NCBI GenBank assembly: GCA_002269645.1
Contig: NIVC01003505.1
Location: 1 to 64,000, forward strand
Length of the DNA stretch: 64,000 nt
From: Macrostomum lignano
Taxonomy: Eukaryota
Direction: 5' to 3'
A program made the translations under genes and the position numbers. Of this stretch, positions 1 to 11,116 are shown one piece after another; the stretch's first letter is position 1; every line of letters starts with the position of its first letter. The notes under the pieces are model-generated. The model did no database searches. It was not told the origin of the DNA and was given only the letters and a program-made list of their open reading frames with translations.

Positions 1-13
1 AGGTCGAAGTGCA

Positions 14-85
14 GTCCGGAAAAATTGCCAACGAGGAGCGAAGCGAGCGAAGCGAGCGTAGCTCCTCGTTGGCAATTTTTCGGAC
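14..85. other. Long DNA hairpin, 21-bp perfect stem, loop with two GCGAAGC motifs
   Basis: GAAAAATTGCCAACGAGGAGC (19-39) pairs with GCTCCTCGTTGGCAATTTTTC (61-81), extended by GTCC/GGAC; GCGAAGC at 38-44 and 47-53. Confidence 0.9.
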
Positions 86-497
86 AAACGAGACCGAGAT
101 AAGATGTCCCGGAGACTCCCCAACGTAAAATCAACGTTTTAGAAAATAAAATTGATGCAGAGTTAAAACCACTTGAGATGAAACCATGTGTGACCCCTCT
201 ATGGACGTAAAACATTTAGGGCTACAAGATGTGTGACGTGAAAGTTCCATAGCAACGCGTCTTGGTTGCCATGGCAACAAAAAAGTGACTTTTTTTAGAC
301 CCGTCCAAATCTTGAATCTCAAAAAATAAGGATTCACAATATGGAGTCAAAAATTGATTGAACCCAACTTTTGGCGAATTTTCAGACCTTCAAGACACTG
401 ATTGGTTATTTTCCGCTAAATGCTTACCTTGATAGGTAATTCTGTAAAAGTGTGTTTTTTAAGTGTCAAAAAATGCGCATTTTTATCAACTTTCAAC

Positions 498-545
498 TGA
501 CGCAGCTCAAAGGTCGCGCGTCAGCGCGACCTTTGAGCTGCGTCA
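498..545. other. Perfect 22-bp hairpin with 4-nt loop
   Basis: TGACGCAGCTCAAAGGTCGCGC-GTCA-GCGCGACCTTTGAGCTGCGTCA. Confidence 0.95.
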
Positions 546-1098
546 TTCTAACAATGGCACCTGGGACTCTTACATGACGCACGACTTTAACCAAGATACT
601 CACTTTAACTGTACATTCGCACCTGTTAATTACATTCGAATATTCGACGGGTAGGTATTCGAACCGAAATAAAGGAAATTCAACCTTGTTGCGAGACTCT
701 AAAAAGTACATGAATGCGGTCATTTAGGTAAGATCTACATGTTTATAATACATTTTGAGCCGTTTCGTTGCACTGACTCTGAGCCATACACTGCTAAAGT
801 CGATAAACGTGATTTAGGCTATTTTTATGTATTTTTCATGATACAAATGTACAAAAAATAAGAAACGACGACATGCTAGGAAAATCAGACTTTTTAGGCA
901 AGGTGCACAACTAAATTGCGCACAATATGTATATTTTGAAATTTCGTCTTAGTTTATTGAAGTCGCTGCCGGTACAGAAATGTACTTTAACGACGGTACG
1001 GGGGCTTGCATATCGAACATACTTTTTAGCCTGTAACTTTTGAGCGGATTACCGGAGCGCGACGCGCTTGGTGTCATTGAACTACATTTTAGATGTAC

Positions 1099-2158
1099 TT
1101 TAATTTGAATGTATGTTCGCTGTCATTGCACGATGCGTTGTACACCTCAGGTCAGGTCACGTGACTTGCTGGAAATGAAATAATGACTTTGTACCTATAC
1201 TAAGGATAGGTGAAGCGTAAGAATGAACCAAAATTTGTACTTATTAGAAACACCTAGATGACTACTGTCAGAAAAAATGATATTCACGTCTGTCAGTTGC
1301 AAAATTTTGTTATAATTGACTTTTAAAATCGAAAAACGTGATTTTGTGCAAAAACAACCTATATGAGCACACATAGGGTGAAAAATTTATTGATTTTCGC
1401 TATGAGGTTCTTAGCTTCCAAGAGCACTATTGTGCCCAGTAAACACGTACAGATGACTGCTATCTTCGTTAGTGTGCGAAAATTCGTATTTTTACGCTAA
1501 TAACATTTACCGAATTACGAGGTTCCGGTGTTATGCGTTTTTTTGCTATATTTCACGCTGCCATTTATTAACGATGCTACGCCAGGCCTTCAGTGTGGTG
1601 TCAATAGTTAGCATTTAAAAAGTGCTTTAATTTGAGTGTATGTTCGCTGGCATTGCACGATGCGTTGTACACCTCAGGCCAGGTCACGTGACTTGCTGGA
1701 AATGAAATAATGACTTTGTACCTATACTAAGGATAGGTGAAGCATAAGAATGACCCATATTAGTACTTATTAGAAACATCTAGATGAATACTCTCAGAAA
1801 AAGTGACATTCACGTCTGTCAGTTGCAAAAAAAATTTTTAATTGACTCTCAAAATCGAAAAACGTGATTTTGTGCAAAAACAACCCATTTGAGCACTACA
1901 TAGGGCGGAAAATATATTAATTTTCGCTATGAGGTTCTTAGCTTCCAAGAGCACTATTGTGCCCAGTAAACACGTACAGATGACTGCCATCTTCGTTAGT
2001 GTGCGAAAATTCGTATTTTGACGCTATTAACATTTTACCGAATTACGAGGTTCCGGTACTATGCGTTTTTTTGCTATATTTCACGCTGCCATTTATTAAC
2101 TATCCTACGCCAGGCCTTCAGTGTAGTGTCAATAAATAGCATTTAGCAAGTGCTTTAA
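1099..2158. repeat. Tandem duplication of a ~527-bp unit (2 diverged copies), TTAA at each junction
   Basis: TTTAATTTGA(A/G)TGTATGTTCGCTG...CAGGTCACGTGACTTGCTGGAAATG starts at 1099 and 1626; both copies end ...GTGCT before TTAA. Confidence 0.9.
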
Positions 2159-3650
2159 GATGACATCATGCGCATTGCGTTGCGTAAAAGTGTGGGTCCA
2201 CAGTTTCGTAACAAGTTAAAATGACCTGATTTCGCAAAAATCTTTAAAACAAAAAATACCAAATAGGTAACTAAAAAGCCTTTTGAAACTGAATAAAAAA
2301 TGCACATAAAAGTGCTATTTTGTAACGTAAAAAGTCTTGCGTCCTGCAAAAATCTTCTATGGTGACTTTTTGGAGCCGTGAAGTGTAAAAACGTGCGCAT
2401 TTTTAAAGCTGTTGAACTTACTTTTTGAGGTATATTTTGAAAATAGGCATTTTATAAATTGTATAACAAAATTTAATTGAAGAAAGCAATAAGGTAAAAT
2501 AGAATTCGAAATTATTTAATTTTGAAATAATTAAACTGTACATTTCAGTCGTTCTGTTCCTTATAATTTCTACAAAAATTTAAATTTAAATCGTTATGTT
2601 AACAGTAGTTTATTGCTGTAGGACAAATTTGACCCCAAATTTTCAAAGCAACTTATCTAAGCAAACGCTATCTAAATCTGAAATATTTTCAAGCTTCAAT
2701 CTGTAGCTATAATATTCGGTTTTGTTACGCTATTTATTCGTATCCTACTACATTATATATAATTATTGTACAATATATTATATTCTACAAGTACAAGTTT
2801 TAATTGTAATATATTCAATTGTTATCAGTTTTACACTGTAAGTGTAAGCTTCAAATTTTATTTGAAATATAACTGAAGTATAGTACTTTAATATTATTTT
2901 ATAGCTAATTAATTGTATTCTGCCAAATATTTACGTTTTTTTTCTCTGCTTTGCTTTTTGCTCCATATTTTTATAAATTATAGTCATATTTACATATATC
3001 TTTTAAAAGTACTCATCCTTTCACATTTTATTTTGTAGTTATCAGTCAAATTTAACTTGAATTTTCCTTTTGTTTGCATAATTTTGACTTAAGACTTTAG
3101 TTTTGAAGTAAGTATTCTTTTTATTTCTTCATATGTTTAGCATAGTACAAATATCTGTAGTACTCTGCTTAATGGTAGAAGTTTGTGGACACTTTTTATA
3201 AATTCTGCTCAATTTATTATAAATTTAGCATTTTTGCTAGACAATATATACATGCCAATGCTCCTTATATCAAGCAATGCTTGAAAGTGCTAGACACTTA
3301 GTTTATGGTGAATTTTTACCAAGGGATGTTTTTTTGCTGATATAGAATTCCTAGAAGCATGTACAAAAACATGGAATATGCCTGAAAAAACTCTAGAAAA
3401 TATGCACTAAATCCAAGAAAAAATGTTGAAAGCACAAAAACTACATGGCACACACCGCCTATATGCCAGTATATTATGCTGCAGCATATTAATCCACAAT
3501 CCAGTAGCAGTGCTAGTGTTCGTAGTTTAACTAAATTTGCCACCAGAAAAGAGTTGAGTTAACTTGGTAAAGAGTAGCATGTTTTCTGTGTTTAGCTAAT
3601 TAGTTTCTTTATCATTCTGAAATATTTACTAACATGTTTATTTAGACAGG

Positions 3651-3729
3651 ATGGGCAACGACAAAAACAGCATCAAGGACAACACTAGCATTAACAAGGA
3701 TACAAGTGCTTCTTCTGTTGCTGCCAATA
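3651..3729 (+). CDS. Predicted first coding exon of RepHel (MGNDKNSIKDNTSINKDTSASSVAAN)
   Basis: Acceptor tttagacAG at 3648-3649 precedes the ATG; donor GTAAGT at 3730; phase 1, compatible with the next exon. Confidence 0.6.
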
Positions 3730-3934
3730 GTAAGTTTTGTACATTTGTTGCAACTTGCAGGTGATAGGTGCTACTTTCAGGAATAGTTTCAAAGCAATCC
3801 TACCTTTATTATTAATATTCACACCTTAGGAAACCAGCTTTTACTAGCATTCTTGGCTGCCCATTTGGGCAACAGACAAACTAAAAAGTTCCTGCACTAC
3901 ACAATTTATTTACCAAACAATAAATCTCAATTGT

Positions 3935-4230
3935 TCACACTATAACTCACACTGAATAGTTCACAGGTAATTCTGTAAAAAAGTGTTTTTCAGATGTCTA
4001 AAAATGTGAATTTTTCAAACTCTTAACTGACGCAGCTCAAATCAATAGTTCACACTCAATAGTTTAGATTGAATAGTTTCGCCTGAATAGTTTTGACAGA
4101 CAGAATAATTTCAACTGAATAGTTACAACTGAATAGTTTAGACTTAATAATCTTGACTGAGTAGTTTTGACTGAATAGTGTGAACTCAATAGTTTCGACT
4201 GAGTAGTTTCGACTGAATAGTTTCGACAAA
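3935..4230. repeat. Degenerate ~15-bp minisatellite (GAATAGTTTCGACT-like) in the RepHel intron
   Basis: Repeated AATAGTT(T/C) cores; interrupted at about 3965-4040 by a copy of 433-511. Confidence 0.8.
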
Positions 4231-4508
4231 GGGAATAAATTCAATTGGAATCTGACCTTGTTTGACAGATCATTAAAATAATTATAGAAACTCTATTTTC
4301 GAATGTTTAACACCCTTAGAATTTGAGCAGATTTAAGAAATTTTGACCACTGTATAATCAGTGCAAAATCTGCAATAGTTTAGAAAAAACGCTATCAAAA
4401 TTGATCAAGAATGGCACGCTCTAGAGCGAAATAGATGGACAGACATATATATATATATATATATATAGGTAGATTTATAAATTTCTTTTTTACTGTGACT
4501 TTAAACAG

Positions 4509-4880
4509 GTGCGAAAAAGTGCGGACGGCCGAAGAAGAAAAACTGGAGCCGCTCCAAGAATAATATTAAAGTTGCTGCTGTCGGTGATTTAACTGCTGGC
4601 GAAGAACAGATTCAAGAGCCAGATGTACAACCGGAAGCTGCTGCTGCCTCTTCTATTGCCGCTGCTGGGACTAAAGCTGGTGCTTCTGCTGATGCTGCTG
4701 CTAAAACTGAGTCTGTGATTAAGCTGGACGAGGCTGGTCTGGCTGCCCTGCTAGCTGAACATGATGCTGCTCTGGCCGACGCTCTGGCTGCTTCGGAATA
4801 CCCCGTGGTCGAAGGTGATGCTGAAGTGCCCAATTCTGGTGCTGCTTACAATGAGCAACTTATAGGCTACTTGAGTGCTG
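4509..4880 (+). CDS. Predicted second coding exon of RepHel (AT-hook-like KKCGRPKKK, then Ala/Glu-rich linker)
   Basis: Acceptor ttaaacAG at 4507-4508, donor GTGAGA at 4881; 372 nt, stop-free, phase 1 at both ends. Confidence 0.7.
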
Positions 4881-5065
4881 GTGAGAGTTTTATTTTTTAT
4901 TGAATTTCTATGCATAGTACAAGTTAATTTTCTTTCTTACATCTGACTTTGCTTGCGAATATTGAAAATTAGATTTTAGTGTTTACGACTTGTGCAAAAT
5001 ACAATTAATGCTCAATTCCTTAAAATTATCATACCTCACTGTTTAAGAGTTGTATTCTTTTACAG

Positions 5066-8000
5066 ATGAAACAGGTGCTACTGCAATGGATTTTGCCGAA
5101 GGTCATGTAACTGCTGCTGTACAAGTCCAACCTGTATGGGTTCCTTTTTCTTCGTGTCGCGTTGAGAATGTACGAGGTGACGGCAACTGTTTTTTCACGG
5201 CCATATTGAGACAATTACAAGAACTGCCAGGTTTTTCCGCCTATCAATCGCTAAGCGTAGAAGATTTTCGAGATGCGGTTGCTGCAGAATTCGAGCAATG
5301 GGTGCATCGCGATGTCAATAATCAGGAAAGAATTATGCAAACAGGACTGAATTGGGAAAAAGTGCGCGACGATACAAGGCGTCCCCGTATGTACGTGCCA
5401 TGCGGAGTTCCAGAACTAATTGGTGAACTGTTGCGGCTAGAAGTGTTTATTTATCAGTCAAACATGCTTAATCTAGCGCGGCCTGGCCATTATTCCCGAC
5501 CGAATATTGGAGAACGTTTGGCTACTATTCGATTGTTGTTTAATCCTGGTAGTCAACACTACGAAATCGTTCGTGTCAATGATTTGGAAGTTAATGAAGC
5601 AAGCTCAGTTCGGCCGACTGGCCAAGGAGATTTGAGCGCCAAGAATGTGGAAATGCCCCCTCTCAACGAGAATGTTCATGTTGTCGAAGATCCTGTTGTA
5701 ATGATGCCACCTCCAGCTCCACCAATGACGCCTTTTGAAAAGGTTGCAGACTGGACCCGAGTTCAAAGTAGGCATTGGAAGGGACGTTGTAGAAATCAAG
5801 CAAAGTCCTTGGAAAATAATACGAGTTTGTTTGCGCATCCGAATTCATATGAAGTGCTTCGGGATCGGAACAACTCTGTCTGGAATTGGAATGTCGATCT
5901 TGACGCGGAGGATAGCGCAGAGTCAGTTGAAATTGAGCATGTGTCAGAGTCAGTTAAAAGTGATCGTGTGTCAGAGTCCGTGCCATCAAATGTTCCGCGG
6001 CGCAGTCGGCGTAAAAAGGATGTTGGGAAGGCAAGTTGCGCTACGCGTCGGAGTAGTCGACTGAGCGCTAAAGCAAACACATTAGAGTCTGTGTCTGTTG
6101 CAGCCTCTAGTGTATCTGGTCAGAGCTTATTGAGAAGAAGCAGTCGCACTCGGAGAGCACCATGTTGCAGTTGCATCGGTTGTGGCGACTCAGTTTCGGC
6201 GGTTTCAAGCGTTTCTTGCCATTTGGAAAAAGGAAGAGGTCGAGAAAAGAAGAGCGACGTTGTACCAAGTGCTCCTACTCGTCGCAGCGAGCGTTTGAAA
6301 AACCAGCAGCAAGTGGTCAACTATGCAAATTCTTTACCACGGAAACAGAGATTGACAAACGCAGAAAATCATATCTGCGAACCCGTTCGATCGTCGCCTA
6401 GGAAGACGGCACCTTTGCAGCAGGAGCAGCAAGATAAACGTCAGTCTGATAATATTCCAGCTACTTCTACGTATTCATCACCACGAAAGACACGTGCTAC
6501 TCAGGAGAAGCCTGATGAAGCGATCCGTTCGTCACCCAGAAAGCGGCCTACAATGGAGCAGCAGCCAGCTAAAGAAAATGTTCCGCAGAGCAGCACTTCA
6601 GAAGAGAGCGCTCAAGATGCTCCAATTGTTGAAGATGAAATCGGAGATCCTAATCTGCCAAAGTGCCTTCGCAATCCGTTCACAGACCAGTTCAAAAAGA
6701 TGAGGCAAGACTTTTTCAATGAAAACATAACAAAAGTATCACATTTGAAACAGTGCTACGTGTGTAGGGAAAAGTTTCCTGGAAAATATTTTAGCATCGA
6801 TTCTGAAGACATGTGCGATCGTTGTTTCAGAGATGACAATGAGCCGAAATCGTTTAGCCAAGAAAACAATGCGATTCCGATGTTGGAGCAGCCAGAAGAT
6901 TTGCAAGATTTGAGTGTAGCAGAGCAAATGTTGATTTCGCCAGTTTTGTCGGTTATTGTTGTGGTACAAATTTTTCCCCAAAAGCAAACAAAATCGAGAG
7001 GACACGGAATCATGTTGCCTCAAGATCAGTCGCACGTTTTGCGAGAGCTGCCAAGACGATCTCTGCCAGTTGTTTTAATGTACGACGAAAGAGCCCGTGT
7101 TCAGCCTGGAGAAGCGCAAAGCGGCACAATGAACAATTTGCGAGTTCGACGCGACAAAGTGACTAATGCGATGCGCTATTTAATGGCAAACAACAAGTAC
7201 TTTAGACAGTATCAGGTTTCAATGAATAATGATGCGTTGCTACATCTGCCTGAAGATGGTTATGCTCATCAAGTAGAAGGTATGATTGTCGAAATGCAGT
7301 CTGACAATGAAGTGAATTTCGAGGCGGCACAGCAAGAAGGCGGCTCAGCCAGAGCTGAGCGATTGCAGCAACAAGTAGAAAAAAATGCGGACGAGACGAA
7401 CGAGCTCGAGGAAACAATTAGTTCGCTGTTGGAGACTCCTTTGCGTCGATTGGAATCGGCAGTACGAGACAAATTTTTGAGTGAAAAATTGAAATGGCCA
7501 GCAAGAAGCAACGAGCCGGTAAACGAATTTCAGGATGAAGGATATTTTACATTGGCTTATCCTCATCTCTTTCCGGATGGAGCAGGAGATTATAGTACGC
7601 CACGTAATTTTGGACTAAGTTTGGGCGACTATGCAAAGCATTTGATGCAATTCCGGTGTCCAAGATTTCGTACCGATTTGCGGTTTAAATTTTACATTGA
7701 AAATATGGTGATGCGTTGGAGGGCGCTGGAAGTTGGTCGCGTGTTTGTACACGACAACAAGTATGCTGGATTAAGTGCCAAGGAAATGATTGAAGCACTA
7801 AATGACCCGGCAGTATTGGCTAGCGTGTCAGTTCGAGCATCAGATTTGCGAGGCACAAGCGCTTATTGGCAGAGTAAAGGACGGCAATTGGAAGCCATGA
7901 TTCGAACGCTTGGTGTTCCTCATTTTTTCGTGACACTATCGGCAGCAGATGTACATTGGCCAGAGTTGCAGCATGCCTGGGGAATCGATGCAGAGCAATA

Positions 8001-11000
8001 TGAAAGCAATGTAGAACTAAGAGCAGAAATGTTGTCAAAGTTGCAAAAAGATCCCGGAATGGCAGACACTGTGTTTTGGTTGCGATTTGAAACATGTTTG
8101 AAACGTTTTTTGGTCGAGCACTGGAAAGTAAACGATTATTGGTTTCGCATAGAATATCAGAGTCGCGGAAGTCCACACGTTCACGGTTGCATTTGGATGC
8201 CAGATGGTGTTGATGTGACATCGAATACATTGAATGCAGAAGAATTGACGAGCTTTGTTGACAAGTACATCTGTAGTTGGAATTTGGCCATGGACGAATC
8301 GGATTATGGAAATCAAGTTTTGAATGGCAGTTTAGCAGGTCAAGGTCATCCAGCTCAACTGAAACCGGAAGAGATTGAAAATGACAAGCAAGATTTGCAG
8401 TTAATTTCGCATTTGACAGAGAGGCACACTATTTGCAGTAAAAAGTGCTTGCGAACAGTAAAAGGCAAACAAGAGTGCCGATTCAAGTATCCGCGCGAGC
8501 CGCAGGAAAAGACTGTTGCAAAGCGAGTATCCCGTTTAAATTGGCAAGTTGAGACGCAGCGCAACGACGAGCGAATGATTTCTCACAGTCCGCAGTTGCT
8601 GTGCATGTGGAGAGCCAATGTCGATGTTCAAATGATTTCGTCCGTGAAGAATTTGATTCGCTATTTGATCAAGTATGCGACAAAAAGCGAAAAGGAGTCG
8701 GATTATATGGCGGAGCTGACAAAGCGTCTTCATAAGGAGTTGGAAGATAATGCAGAACAGAATGCCGATAACAATTTTCAGCGTAGCAACACTGCAAGGC
8801 GTGTTGTACAACAACACTTGATGGCGCAAGTTGGAGCGCGTGATTATTCGGCGCAAGAGGCAATGCATTTGCTATTGCAGACGTCAATGTACAAGGGTTC
8901 GCGAGAATTTGTTTTTGTTCAGACTGGCGAAACCCGCGCAGTGGAGGAAAAGGGTGTTTGCAGGAATAGTTGCGACAAGTATTCAAAGCGTGCAAAGAAT
9001 TTGGAAAATGTAACAATGTTTCGTTTCTTTTCCGACTACTGTCTCAGCCCTAATGGGAGGTGCACAAAAAGGCCGAAACAAGTAGTTTTGCTAATCAGTC
9101 CATTTTTTCGACCGAATGAGCAATCAGACGAAAGACGCGAAGGCTATTATCGGCAGCAGGTTTTGTTGTACAGTTGTTGGCGAAATGAGCGAGAAGCCAA
9201 AGGTTTGCACACAAGCTGGCAGCAAGCGTACGAAGCCATGCCTGCTGAGAATCGATGCGAGCTGCAGCTGCCCAATTTGGACGATTTGCGCAACGACGAA
9301 GCTGACGAAGAAGTCGAAGCAGTTGCGGAGCTACCCGAAATGACCAACGCAAATGCGCAATCTGCTGCTCAGCCAACTTATGAGCACGAAGAGCAAGAAG
9401 ATTGGATGGTTGCAGTGGGGGCACTTCATCGCGAGAGAAATCTATTGGCCTGTCCAGAAGATCAATTGCCAAAGCCGCCAGAAAATTTTGACTGGAGCGC
9501 AGCTAGTGGCGGCCAGTTTCCAACGGTTGGAGAAGCAAAGGCGTTTTTAAGTAGCGACCTAAAACTTGGCGCAAGAGAGGTCGCTGACATGCCGATAAAC
9601 AGTGTTGAATCGCTTAATGTTCGGCAGCGAGAAATGTACAACCTAATTGAAAGTCATTTGCAGCTTTCAAGACTAGCCGAAGAAAACCAAGGCGAAAAGC
9701 CGGAGCCTCTCAAAGCAATTTTGTATGGTAGCGCTGGAACTGGAAAAAGCTACTTGATTTCTACATTGCGTCGGTTGATTGGAGAATCAAGATGCAGAAT
9801 TATGGCATCAACAGGCGTAGCCGCTTTCAATATTGCAGGCGAAACTTTGCACTCGGCTTTGAAATTGAATGTAAATTTTAGTGCTGGTGTTGGCAAGAAA
9901 TCCCTAATGGAGATGCAAGAGCAGTGGAAAGATGTGCGCTACATTTTTATTGACGAATTTAGCATGCTTGGCCAAAGGTTACTCCGTAAGGTGGATGCTC
10001 GTTTGCGCGAATTGTTTCCAGAACACAGTAAACAGAGTTTTGGTGGTCGATCTGTAATCCTAATTGGCGACGTGTTTCAATTGCCTCCAGTTTTGGACAC
10101 GCAACTGTACGTTTACAATCCAAATCAAAAGAAGCACGATATATTGAAATCTGAAGGCTATAAATTGTACATGGAGTTCAAAAAGGTTGTGCATCTGACA
10201 GAACAAGTCCGACAAGCAAACGATACGGAATTCGCCCAGTTGTTGGATAAACTTCGCGAAGGCAAGGCCGACGAAGCCTGCTGGAATTCGTTGATGAACA
10301 ATTGTCGCGTCTATGCTCCCGACCTTTTGCCTGAAGGTTTCCAAAGCGGGTGTACATTTTTATATCACACTAACGAGGATGTGAGAAATCGCAACTACAT
10401 GCTATTGGGAAAGATGGTTTCCGAATTGAATCCTGTGCGGCAAATTAACGCAATTTGTAAAGGAGACGAAGCAAAATTGTGTGGCAAAAAGAAGGAACAT
10501 AAAAAATCGGATACGAATCTGGAGAAGCGACTCTATTTGTGTATTGGTGCTCGAGTAATGCTAACTAGAAATCTGTCAGTACGCAATGGACTTGTGAATG
10601 GATCAGTTGGAACTGTACGAGGAATTTGCTACGCTCCTGGAAGGCAATCACCAAAGGATTGGCCAGATTGTATTTGGGTTGAATTTGACAATTATTCTGG
10701 CCCAGCAATGGGGGCAATTGTACAAGATAATCGTGCAATTCGTGTAGTGCCAATTCTGTCAGTAACGAATGAAAAGTTTAAAGGAGGAGCCCAATTGTCG
10801 CGTCAACAATTTCCACTACGATTGGCTTGGGCTAGTACGATTCACAAGAGCCAAGGACTTACAATTCCAAAAGCGTACGTGGCGTTTAGCAAAGGAGGCG
10901 CCAGGAAAGCTATTCCAGCTGGATTATTTTATACTGCGGTGAGTAGAGTTCGTGCATTTGCAGATTTGCGAGTATCAAGTTGCGATTACAACAATTTCGT

Positions 11001-11094
11001 GAGCCTTTTTTCTGCACAAAAAGTGCAGACGCAGTTGCATGAGCAAAAGCGTTTGCTGAGAATGTGCTCATCCGCGAATTCTGATAGCCGCTAA
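5066..11094 (+). CDS. Helentron/Helitron2-type RepHel main exon: OTU protease, Cys cluster, HUH Rep nuclease (Y2), PIF1-family SF1B helicase; no AP endonuclease
   Basis: OTU GDGNCFF...QHYE; CYVC...CDRC; Rep motifs FFVTLS, WFRIEYQSRGSPHVH, YLIKY; helicase GSAGTGKS, DEFSM, GDVFQLPPV, QFPLRLAWASTIHKSQG, YTAVSRV. Acceptor ttttacAG at 5064-5065 is in frame. Spliced CDS 6480 nt, 2159 aa. Confidence 0.95.
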
Positions 11095-11116
11095 CTTGCT
11101 ATTCTAAAGTCGGCAA

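Noticed and set aside
3250-3543. Possible decayed coding sequence upstream of RepHel
   Set aside because: Short frames with stops and no recognisable motif.
5050-5065. TTG start of the 2014-aa ORF
   Set aside because: Lies in the polypyrimidine tract of the intron acceptor; the real start is probably the ATG at 3651.
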